Shown here: piece by piece, positions 19,921 to 28,107 of the stretch
How the letters are laid out: the number at the start of each line of letters is the position of its first letter
Position numbering within the stretch: position 1 is the first letter of the stretch
DNA from: an uncultured Dehalococcoidia bacterium
Lineage (GTDB): Bacteria > Chloroflexota > Dehalococcoidia > GIF9 > UBA5629
Direction: 5' to 3'
Assembly (NCBI GenBank): GCA_937975645.1
Contig: CALJTV010000009.1
Span: forward strand, 24,850-88,849
Length of the DNA stretch: 64,000 bases
The notes under the pieces: model-generated
Seen by the model: the letters and a program-made list of their open reading frames with translations, nothing else
Told to the model about the DNA's origin: nothing
The model's database searches: none
Made by a program: the position numbers and the translations under genes

Positions 19921-20793
19921 ATGTTGATGACTCTACGGGAAAAGCTCGGCAGTGGTAAATTTGTGGTGACTGCGGAAGTCGGTCCAGCTAAGGGGGTGGA
20001 CACCCATGAGTTTCTAGAGAATGTGGAGTTGCTGAAAAACCGTGTGGATGCAATCAATTGTACTGACCAGCAGAGTGCGGTGATGCGACTTGGTTCGCTA
20101 GCAGGTTGCTACCTTATCAGACAGAAGGGGGGCGAGCCCATCTTTCAGATGACATGTCGCGACCGGAATCGCATTGCCTTACAATCTGACTTGCTAAATG
20201 CCTACGTTTTTGGGATAGAGAACGTCCTGTGTCTCACGGGCGATTTTGTTACACTGGGTGACCATCCGGACGCGAAACCTGTGTTTGACCTCGACTCTGT
20301 ATCACTGCTTTATGCTGCTAAGCAGTTAGAGCAGGGGAAGGACTTGGCGGGAAAAGATCTCACTGGTGCCCCCAGGTTCTTCTTGGGTGCCTGCGTGACG
20401 CCTGGTGCTGAACCGTTGGAGCCGCAGCTCTTGAAAATGGAAAGGAAAGTCAAGGCAGGTGCCAAGTTCTTCCAGACCCAAGCGGTCTATGAACCTAAAA
20501 AGTTTGAGACTTTTATGAAGGAGGCAAGGAAATTTGGGGTACCTGTGCTTGTGGGCATAGTGTTACTGCGGTCAGCAGCGATGGCACGGTTCATGAACAA
20601 AAATGTTGCTGGGATACACGTGCCTGATGAGCTGATTGCAGAAATGGACAGAGCAGAGAATAAGCTGCAGAAGGGTGTTGAGATAGCTGCTCGATTGATC
20701 AGAGAGATGAAGGATATGTGTCAAGGTGTGCATATTATGGCGATCGGGCTAGAGTCGAAAGTCCCTGCTATTCTGGATGCAGCTGGGCTGTAG
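19921..20793 (+). CDS. metF: 5,10-methylenetetrahydrofolate reductase
   Basis: TAEVGP, CRDRNRIALQSDL, LTGD, HPDAKPVFDLDS, FFQTQ. Confidence 0.94.
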   Translation: MLMTLREKLGSGKFVVTAEVGPAKGVDTHEFLENVELLKNRVDAINCTDQQSAVMRLGSLAGCYLIRQKGGEPIFQMTCRDRNRIALQSDLLNAYVFGIENVLCLTGDFVTLGDHPDAKPVFDLDSVSLLYAAKQLEQGKDLAGKDLTGAPRFFLGACVTPGAEPLEPQLLKMERKVKAGAKFFQTQAVYEPKKFETFMKEARKFGVPVLVGIVLLRSAAMARFMNKNVAGIHVPDELIAEMDRAENKLQKGVEIAARLIREMKDMCQGVHIMAIGLESKVPAILDAAGL

Positions 20794-20829
20794 AGGTGCC
20801 AGATATACTAGGCAACGGTGCAGTGACTG

Positions 20830-21609
20830 GTGCGTATCGTCCGTTTTTGCGTGGCAGGGAAAACGAACTATGGTATTCTTCTCGGTGCTGAAGTGCGGCG
20901 TTTGCGTCGTGACCCGTTCCTTCAGTTTGCATATTCAGACAAGATTTCTTACCTAGATAGTGTTTCCTACCGCTTGGACGATATTCGGTTGCTAGCACCT
21001 TGTACACCCTCGAAGATCGTTTGTCTCGGGCTTAATTATCGGGGACATATCGAGGAGATGGGGTTAGCTGTACCTTCTGTGCCTCTTATCTTTTTGAAGC
21101 CCTCCACTGCCGTTATCGGGCCTAACGAAAGCATTGTTTTGCCGTATGGCTGCCGCCGTGTTGATTATGAGGGTGAGCTCGCTGTTGTTATCGGCAAAAG
21201 AGCAAAGAATGTGCCAGCGGCGAAGGCAGCCGAATATATCCTGGGCTATACCTGCTTTAATGATGTCTCTGACCGTGAGGCGCAGACAGTGGATGGGCAG
21301 TGGACTAGAGCGAAGGGTTATGATACCTTTGCACCCTTGGGTCCATGGATAGAGACGGGTATTTCACCCCACAACCTCAGGTTGGAGACATATGTTAACG
21401 GTGAGCTTAGGCAGTCAGCTTCCACTAGGGAGCTGGTTTTCGGCGTACCAGAACTGGTGAGTTTTATCTCAGACATCATGACACTCCTTCCCGGGGATGT
21501 TATTGCCACAGGTACACCTGCTGGTGTAGGATCTCTCAAACCAGGGGATGTGGTGCAGGTCAAGATCGAAGGTATTGGGGCGTTGACAAACCCAGTTGTC
21601 AACGCTTGA
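20830..21609 (+). CDS. Fumarylacetoacetate hydrolase family protein
   Basis: GLNY, FLKP, DYEGELAVVIG, NDVSDR, QWTRAKGYDTF, TGTPAGVG. Confidence 0.9.
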   Translation: MRIVRFCVAGKTNYGILLGAEVRRLRRDPFLQFAYSDKISYLDSVSYRLDDIRLLAPCTPSKIVCLGLNYRGHIEEMGLAVPSVPLIFLKPSTAVIGPNESIVLPYGCRRVDYEGELAVVIGKRAKNVPAAKAAEYILGYTCFNDVSDREAQTVDGQWTRAKGYDTFAPLGPWIETGISPHNLRLETYVNGELRQSASTRELVFGVPELVSFISDIMTLLPGDVIATGTPAGVGSLKPGDVVQVKIEGIGALTNPVVNA

Positions 21610-21800
21610 GTGCTCTGCTGATACGAATGACCTGTGTGGTGTCAAGTTTGGTGTCAAGCCATGTGGTAAGTGTGGTAAGTATAGGTTTCCGGCTCGAGAA
21701 TGGGGGAGCTTTTGACTTATTTACTATTGAGATGTTAGACTTGCGCTAGGGAACATTTATTGGAGAGTAGCGTAGTAGGGGGCTGTGGGACAGGAGAGCA

Positions 21801-22478
21801 ATGCGCGAGATAAAAGTTTTACTGGCTGGTGGCAAGGAGATTTTTCGTGAAGGGCTGACGAGGCTGCTAAAGGAGCAACCGCATATCAGCGTAGTCTCAC
21901 AGTGCAGCAGCAGGCAGGCGCCGACAAAGGTCAAAGAGACCAAGCCTGACGTGATCATTATAGATACTAACCCTGTTGTAGCGGATGCCTTGATGGCTAC
22001 CAGAAAGATCAGTCGGCTATACCCCAAGACGAAGATAGCTGTTCTCACCGAGGAGGGTAATGAAGGAGAACTTCTGTTCGTTATGGAGCAAGGTGCTCAA
22101 GGATATTTGACTAAGGGTATTTCGGTGGAAGACCTGATCAAGTGTATTGAGCTTATAGCCCGTGGTGAAATTGTGATCACTCCTTTAGCTTCTGCAAGCC
22201 TCCCTAAGGATTTAATTTCTCGGCGTAATGCCAAGGGACGTAAAGATACAGAAGGCAAGCCTTGTCTTTCTAATAGAGAGTTGGAGATTGTAGGTCTGGT
22301 AGCAAACGGGTTGACGAACAAAGAAATAGCCCAAAAGTTGTCCATAACTGACAATACGTCCAAAGTCCATATTAAAAACATCCTTAGCAAACTGCAGTTG
22401 AGGAATCGGCAGCATCTAGCTGCTTATGCTGTGCAGCATGGTCTGGCTACTACATTAAGCGGATCAGACTCCGAATAG
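21801..22478 (+). CDS. NarL/LuxR-family response regulator with atypical receiver domain
   Basis: REC-like N-terminus with GG in place of the acidic pair (DVIIID and YLTK retained); LuxR HTH LSNRELEI...KVHIKNILSKL. Confidence 0.88.
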   Translation: MREIKVLLAGGKEIFREGLTRLLKEQPHISVVSQCSSRQAPTKVKETKPDVIIIDTNPVVADALMATRKISRLYPKTKIAVLTEEGNEGELLFVMEQGAQGYLTKGISVEDLIKCIELIARGEIVITPLASASLPKDLISRRNAKGRKDTEGKPCLSNRELEIVGLVANGLTNKEIAQKLSITDNTSKVHIKNILSKLQLRNRQHLAAYAVQHGLATTLSGSDSE

Positions 22479-22560
22479 ATTCAAGCTACCTCTGTACGGG
22501 ATAAGTTTTTGGCAGCGCCGTATGCTAAATTCTCGGTATCCTATCCGAGTATAATTACGG

Positions 22561-22589
22561 TTGACTGTCATATGATGTAATGCTACAAT
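22561..22589 (+). promoter_or_regulatory. Putative promoter of the acs/cdh operon
   Basis: TTGACT-N17-TACAAT upstream of acsE. Confidence 0.65.
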
Positions 22590-22632
22590 ACGTACTCGGT
22601 TTGCTTTGAGTAATGCGACAAAGGGGGCTCCT

Positions 22633-23511
22633 ATGGTTCTGATCGGTGAAAGTATACACATAATTTCTCGGCGTGTCAGCGAGGCTGTTAGAGACAGGAA
22701 TGCCAGTGTGATTCAAGAGTTAGCTAAGGCGCAGGCTGAGGCGGGAGCTGATTACATAGATCTAAACCTCGGACCAGCGAAGAAAGACCCAGTAGGGATG
22801 ACGGAGTGGTTGGTGAACGTAGTTCAAGAGGTCACTAATTTGCCATTATCTATTGATACACTGAACCCTATAGCGATGGAAGCTGGTTTGAGACTTTGTA
22901 AAAAGCGTCCTTTGCTGAATTCAGCTTCTGGAAGGACTGACAGCAAGGCTGAGATGCTACCCCTGGCTAAAAAATACAATTGCGATGTGGTCATATCGGT
23001 GCTTACTGATAAAGGTTGCCCGCCCGATGTAGATTCCAGAACTGAGAGCATTATGGAGACGGTGGCTTACGCGAATGAGCTTGGAATCCCCAATGAAGAC
23101 ATCTGGGTTGATCCTATTATTCTACCTGTAAGCGCCGACCAGAAGCAGGTGCGAGAAGCACTTGAGTTTATCAAGATACTCCCTGACCTGTTGCCGGGTG
23201 TGAAATCCACGGTAGGTTTGTCGAACGTGTCAAATGGTACCCCAGAGGAGCTCAGGGGTATTCTCAACCGGACTTATATGGTCATGCTGGGGCGGTATGG
23301 ACTTTATTCTGCGATTGCTGACACGTTAGATCATGAGCTGGTCAAGTTGAACAGAGGCGAGCTACCGCACATAGTTGACCTCATTTATAAGGCTATGGAC
23401 AGCGAGCCAATAGACATGTCCTCTCTCTCCAAGCAGGAACAGGACTATGTCAAGACTACCAGGGTATTGATGGGAGAGACACTCTACTCCCATGCCTGGT
23501 TGGAAGCATAA
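22633..23511 (+). CDS. acsE: Methyl-THF:corrinoid Fe-S protein methyltransferase
   Basis: LIGESIH, GADYIDLN, PLSIDT, VDP, GLSNVSNG pterin-binding barrel; heads the acs operon. Confidence 0.9.
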   Translation: MVLIGESIHIISRRVSEAVRDRNASVIQELAKAQAEAGADYIDLNLGPAKKDPVGMTEWLVNVVQEVTNLPLSIDTLNPIAMEAGLRLCKKRPLLNSASGRTDSKAEMLPLAKKYNCDVVISVLTDKGCPPDVDSRTESIMETVAYANELGIPNEDIWVDPIILPVSADQKQVREALEFIKILPDLLPGVKSTVGLSNVSNGTPEELRGILNRTYMVMLGRYGLYSAIADTLDHELVKLNRGELPHIVDLIYKAMDSEPIDMSSLSKQEQDYVKTTRVLMGETLYSHAWLEA

Positions 23512-23533
23512 ATCTTTGAAAAGGAGCTGAGCC

Positions 23534-24439
23534 ATGGAATATAAGGCACCGGTAGAAAGTTATTCTGGAAGGGTGGTGGAGGTAGTTATTGGGAGGGGCG
23601 AAAAGGCACTCAAGATCGGTGGCGAAAATGTTCTACCATTTCATTTTTTTGAGGGGGCGATTGCCAACCCTCCCAGATTAGCCCTGGAGGTGCTCGATAG
23701 TGTTCCGGTGGGCTGGTCGCAATGGGAAGTCAACCCTTATAAAGATGTTGTTTCTGAGCCGGTTCAGTGGGCAAACAGAGCACTAGAACTCGGGGCTGAC
23801 CTCGTCTGCTTGCGTCTAGTGGGCACCGACCCAACAGGTCAGAATGTACCTGGGGATAAGGCTGCTGAGCTGGTGAAAAGTGTGGCTTCAGCAATACGGT
23901 CACCACTCATTGTGTATGGCTCTGGAGACGAGGTCAAGGATGTCGAGGTGCTGACAAAGGTAGCAGAAGTGTGTGCAGGCGAAGCCCTGCTTCTGGGGCC
24001 AGTGGTAAAGGAAAACTATGAGCCTATAAGCAAAGCAGCTCTGGATTATGGTCACTGCATAATTGCGCAGAGTCCACTTGATATAAACCTGGAAAAAGAA
24101 CTGAATGTAAAGCTCCTGAAATCGTTTCCTAGAGAGCGCATAGTGATCGACCCCTTGAGTTCAGCCCTCGGCTACGGTATGGAGTACAGTTTCACCATTA
24201 TGGAGAGGACAAAGCACATCGGCATCATGTTCGGTGATAGCACCATGCAGATGCCCATCATAGCTGACCTTTCTAGTGAGTGTGCCAAGACCAAACAAGC
24301 GAAAGAGAGTGAGAAACAGGGGTTACTCTGGGAGCTCGTCACAGCTATAAGCCTCTTGCTTGCTGGCGCCAATATCGTAGTACTCAGGTTGCCACAGAGC
24401 TTAAAAATATTGAGAGAGGTCCTTGAAGGTAAGTTATAA
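23534..24439 (+). CDS. acsD: Corrinoid Fe-S protein small subunit (AcsD/CdhD)
   Basis: IGGENVLPFHFFEG, DINLEKELN, IDP..ALGYGMEYS..MER, LLLAGA. Confidence 0.9.
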   Translation: MEYKAPVESYSGRVVEVVIGRGEKALKIGGENVLPFHFFEGAIANPPRLALEVLDSVPVGWSQWEVNPYKDVVSEPVQWANRALELGADLVCLRLVGTDPTGQNVPGDKAAELVKSVASAIRSPLIVYGSGDEVKDVEVLTKVAEVCAGEALLLGPVVKENYEPISKAALDYGHCIIAQSPLDINLEKELNVKLLKSFPRERIVIDPLSSALGYGMEYSFTIMERTKHIGIMFGDSTMQMPIIADLSSECAKTKQAKESEKQGLLWELVTAISLLLAGANIVVLRLPQSLKILREVLEGKL

Positions 24440-24441
24440 AA

Positions 24442-24470
24442 TTGATAATCATTTCTGATTCTGCTAGAAT
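24442..24470 (+). promoter_or_regulatory. Internal promoter before cdhA overlapped by a Fur-like box
   Basis: TTGATA-N17-TAGAAT with extended TGn; TGATAATCATT overlaps the -35. Confidence 0.5.
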
Positions 24471-24506
24471 ATAATCAGCCCAACCACTGTGGAAAGGAGC
24501 CTCAGC

Positions 24507-26813
24507 ATGAAAGTTGTTGAAAAAAAGAGAACGCGGAAGGACGAGGTATACAAGGTTATTAAGGCTGATGACAAGTGGGAACCGATTGGTCACACACCGA
24601 TGCCCGAGATTCCGGACTTGAGGAACTGGGATCTAAGGTTGCTGAAGACATACAAGCCATTTTACGCTCCGTTCTGTGACTTGTGCTGTTTTTGTACTTA
24701 TGGCAAGTGTGACCTTACTGGTGATAAAAGGGGTGCCTGTGGCATCGACATATCAGCCCAGCAGGCGAGGATAGTATTGTTAGCTTGCTGTATGGGCATG
24801 TCTGCACATGGGGGGCATGCCAGACATGTTCTGCACTACCTCATAGAGAGGCTTGGACCAGATTATAAGATCAATCTGGGCGACCAAATACTCGTGGAGG
24901 CGCCCCATATCCGCACTGTGCTGGGAATGAAACCGGAGACCCTCGGTGATTTGGAAAAGGTGATGGAGTATGCAGAGAGTCAACTTATCCAGTGTGTTTC
25001 CTCGTTGCACACTGGACAGGAGGGCTCGGCACTGGACTACGAGTCTAAGGCGCTGCACATCTCAATGCTTGACCACGTGGTCATGGAGGTTGCTGACATT
25101 GCCCAGATAGTTGGTTTTGGCTACCCCACATCTAAAGCGGACACCCCGCTTGTCGGTCTTGGCTGGGGTGCAGTAGACAGGACAAAACCAGTCATCCTTT
25201 TAGTTGGGCACAATCCGGTGACAGCTGTCCCGATCGTTGATTACCTAAATGAGCATGGACTCGCAGACAAGGTTGAGGTGGCAGGTATTTGTTGTACCGC
25301 CCTTGAGGTGACCCGGTATAGTGAGAGAGCCAAAGTGGTGGGTCCCCTCTCTCGTCAATTATTCTTTGTGCGTTGTGGCATCGCCGATGTAATAGTTACT
25401 GATGAGCAGTGCATCAGGACAGATATGCCGATAGAGGCGGCTAAGGTGGGCTCGGCTTTGATTGCTACTTCAGAGAAGGTTTGTTATGGGCTCGAAGATG
25501 CCAGTAAGAAGGCGGTTGATGAGATAGTTAGTGATATGCTCAACCACAGCAAGCAGGTACTGATACTCGACCCGGAGAAGGCGGCTGAAGTTGCAGTCAG
25601 AGTCGCGCTGGGACTGGCACCAAAAAGGAACAAGGTCCTAGTGAAGCCGGAAGAGGTGCCAGAGCTGGCTAAGGGCCACAGGCTGTGCAATATGTGCAGC
25701 CAGGTGTGCCCGAACCTTCTGCCGGTGGGCGATGCCATCGAGGCAGCCAAGAACGGTAATATTCAGCCGCTTGTAGAGGTCTTTGAAAAGTGTATTGGCT
25801 GTGGCAAATGCGAGCAGGAATGTCCAAGGCACGTGCCCATCTTTAAAATGATGCAGGCAGCAGCAAGCTGGGAGGAGTGGAAGATAAGGGCAGGACGCGG
25901 ACCCATCATGGACACAGAGATCCGGAAAGTGGGTGCCCCGATTGTTCTAGGTACCATCCCCGGCGTTATTGCTATTGTTGGTTGTTCCAACTTTCCGGAG
26001 GAGATTGAGGAGATAGCCGAGATAGCTGAGGAGTTTGCCAAGCGAAAGTATATCGTGGTATTGAGCGGCTGTTCGGCTATGGTGGCGGGGATGAAGAAGG
26101 ACAAGGAAGGCAAGACCCTTTATGAGAAGTACCCCCCCGACTTCGATGCCGGCGGCATAGTCAATGTGGGCTCTTGTGTGGCGAACGCGCACATAACCGG
26201 CGCAGCTATCAAGATTGCCAACATCTTTGCGACGCTTCCACTCAGGGGTAATTATGAGGTTATTGCTGACTACATTCTGAACCGCGTGGGCGCTTGTGGA
26301 CTTGCCTGGGGTGCTTATTCTCAGAAGGCAGCCTCAATTGCCACTGGATGCAACCGTCTGGGTATTCCCGTGGTGGTGGGTCCACATTCCTCCAAATATC
26401 GCAGGCTGTATTTAAGCCGCAAGGAAGAAGATGACTGGACAGTCATGGACGGCAGAGAGAAAAAGTTGGTGGACACCCAGGAACCCTCTCCCGAGCATCT
26501 GATCACAGTTGTGGAATCTAAAGAGAGGGCAATGGTAACGCTGGCTAAACTGTGCATCCGGAAAAACGATACGCCTCAGGGGCGTCAGATCAAATTGACC
26601 CATTATATCGGCCTTCACAAACAGTATCTTGGCACACTGCCCGATGACCTTCATCTTTACATAAGAAGAGCCTCTGATATTCCCATCTTCTTTAAGAAGG
26701 AGGTAACGGCTTATCTGGAAAAGGTGGGCTGGAAGGAGAAACCGGTGCTCAGTCTGCCGACTTTGATCGGGACATATCCTTCCGAGGTGCCCATCGATGC
26801 TGTAGTGCATTAA
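24507..26813 (+). CDS. cdhA: Archaeal-type CO dehydrogenase alpha subunit
   Basis: CDLCCFCTYGKCDL, GACG, GICCT, DEQC, internal 2x ferredoxin-type motifs, VGC, SGC, GSCV, SQKA; about 770 aa. Confidence 0.95.
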   Translation: MKVVEKKRTRKDEVYKVIKADDKWEPIGHTPMPEIPDLRNWDLRLLKTYKPFYAPFCDLCCFCTYGKCDLTGDKRGACGIDISAQQARIVLLACCMGMSAHGGHARHVLHYLIERLGPDYKINLGDQILVEAPHIRTVLGMKPETLGDLEKVMEYAESQLIQCVSSLHTGQEGSALDYESKALHISMLDHVVMEVADIAQIVGFGYPTSKADTPLVGLGWGAVDRTKPVILLVGHNPVTAVPIVDYLNEHGLADKVEVAGICCTALEVTRYSERAKVVGPLSRQLFFVRCGIADVIVTDEQCIRTDMPIEAAKVGSALIATSEKVCYGLEDASKKAVDEIVSDMLNHSKQVLILDPEKAAEVAVRVALGLAPKRNKVLVKPEEVPELAKGHRLCNMCSQVCPNLLPVGDAIEAAKNGNIQPLVEVFEKCIGCGKCEQECPRHVPIFKMMQAAASWEEWKIRAGRGPIMDTEIRKVGAPIVLGTIPGVIAIVGCSNFPEEIEEIAEIAEEFAKRKYIVVLSGCSAMVAGMKKDKEGKTLYEKYPPDFDAGGIVNVGSCVANAHITGAAIKIANIFATLPLRGNYEVIADYILNRVGACGLAWGAYSQKAASIATGCNRLGIPVVVGPHSSKYRRLYLSRKEEDDWTVMDGREKKLVDTQEPSPEHLITVVESKERAMVTLAKLCIRKNDTPQGRQIKLTHYIGLHKQYLGTLPDDLHLYIRRASDIPIFFKKEVTAYLEKVGWKEKPVLSLPTLIGTYPSEVPIDAVVH

Positions 26814-26834
26814 GTGGAGTTCGAGAGGTAAGTA

Positions 26835-27536
26835 GTGCGTATTTTGATTGCAATCCAGGGGCATTACGGTCAGCGGATTGCCGATAATATTAAAAAGTAT
26901 GCGCCGGCAGACTGGAAGATGTTTGTCCATACCTTGCCGGCTGAGCTACCAAGTATTATTGATGACGCAGAGCAGTTCTTGCCTAAGGAGCTACCTCAGG
27001 TTGATCTGCTGATATCTTTGGGAGAACATCCTGGCGTTGCCCAGATGATCCCAGACCTAGTTATTAGAAGCGGCGCCAAGGCAGTCATCGCACCTGCGGA
27101 CAATCGTGCCTGGTTGCCCCCGGGGTTAGCCAAACAGATAAAGAAAAAACTGGTTTCCCTGGGAACAGAGATGGTGTATCCGGTGCCGTTTTGTACGTTA
27201 ACAGAAAGGGATGCTCAGAGTCCCTACATCCGTGAGTTTGCCAGGTATTTTGGTAGACCGGTGGTGGAGATTGAGATGGATAGGGATAGGGTGAGGCATA
27301 TGAGTGTAGTCAGGGGGGCTCCCTGTGGCTGTACGCCGTATGTAACGGAGGGGTTGGTCGGGGTCTGGGAAAGAGACGCAGTAGAGAAAGCGGGGCTTTT
27401 ACACCATCAATATCCCTGCTTGGCGACGATGGCCATGGATCAGGAATTTGGTGATACTTTAATGCACCGTGCTGGTTTAATGACCAAGCTGGCGGTTGAG
27501 AATGCCTTGAAAGCTGCCAAGGTAGCACAATTATAG
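26835..27536 (+). CDS. DUF166-family protein
   Basis: G.YG.R, IDD.E.FLP, HP, PFCTL, FGRP, GAPCG, HHQYPCLA..D....DT..H resembles the DUF166 pattern. Confidence 0.7.
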   Translation: MRILIAIQGHYGQRIADNIKKYAPADWKMFVHTLPAELPSIIDDAEQFLPKELPQVDLLISLGEHPGVAQMIPDLVIRSGAKAVIAPADNRAWLPPGLAKQIKKKLVSLGTEMVYPVPFCTLTERDAQSPYIREFARYFGRPVVEIEMDRDRVRHMSVVRGAPCGCTPYVTEGLVGVWERDAVEKAGLLHHQYPCLATMAMDQEFGDTLMHRAGLMTKLAVENALKAAKVAQL

Positions 27537-27547
27537 TAAGGAGGCTT

Positions 27548-28105
27548 GTGATGACTATGACTTTGCCGTATCACCGGGTCAATGTATTGACTGGCACCAA
27601 GGCAGCCAGGATTATCGAGGACCCGAGTGAGTATGCCCATTTGATCAAGCGCGCCAGCAGGCCGCTGCTTGTCCTCGGACCCAGAATTTTGACCATGTCT
27701 CTCGGTGAAAGACTGCTTGCGGAGTATGCAGTGGAAATTGCCAAGGCTGCAGACATACCTATCTGTGCTACGGCTCATACCCAGAAGAAATTACTGGAGC
27801 TGGGTGTACAGCCAGCCAGCAACTATGACCTTATTGAGATAATCAATCATCTTAAAGACCCTGAATGGCGCGGGGTCAAGAAAGAGGGTAACCACGATCT
27901 TGTCATATTCCTCGGTGTTAGGACCGATCTTGGTGAGCAGGGGCTATCCACATTGAAACATTTTGCGCCACACCTCAAAACGATGACGTTATGCAAGTAC
28001 TACTATCCAAATGCCAGTTACTCCCTTCCTAACTTCCGCAAGGACGAGCAATGGAAGGAGTTCTTGGACAAATTGATAGAAAATCTCAAAACGAAGGAGG
28101 CGTAA
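27548..28105 (+). CDS. cdhB: CO dehydrogenase epsilon subunit
   Basis: IKRASRPLLVLG, LKDPEWRG..EGNHDLV, LSTLKHFAPHLKT..LCKYYYPNA..S.PN. Confidence 0.92.
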   Translation: MMTMTLPYHRVNVLTGTKAARIIEDPSEYAHLIKRASRPLLVLGPRILTMSLGERLLAEYAVEIAKAADIPICATAHTQKKLLELGVQPASNYDLIEIINHLKDPEWRGVKKEGNHDLVIFLGVRTDLGEQGLSTLKHFAPHLKTMTLCKYYYPNASYSLPNFRKDEQWKEFLDKLIENLKTKEA

Positions 28106-28107
28106 AG

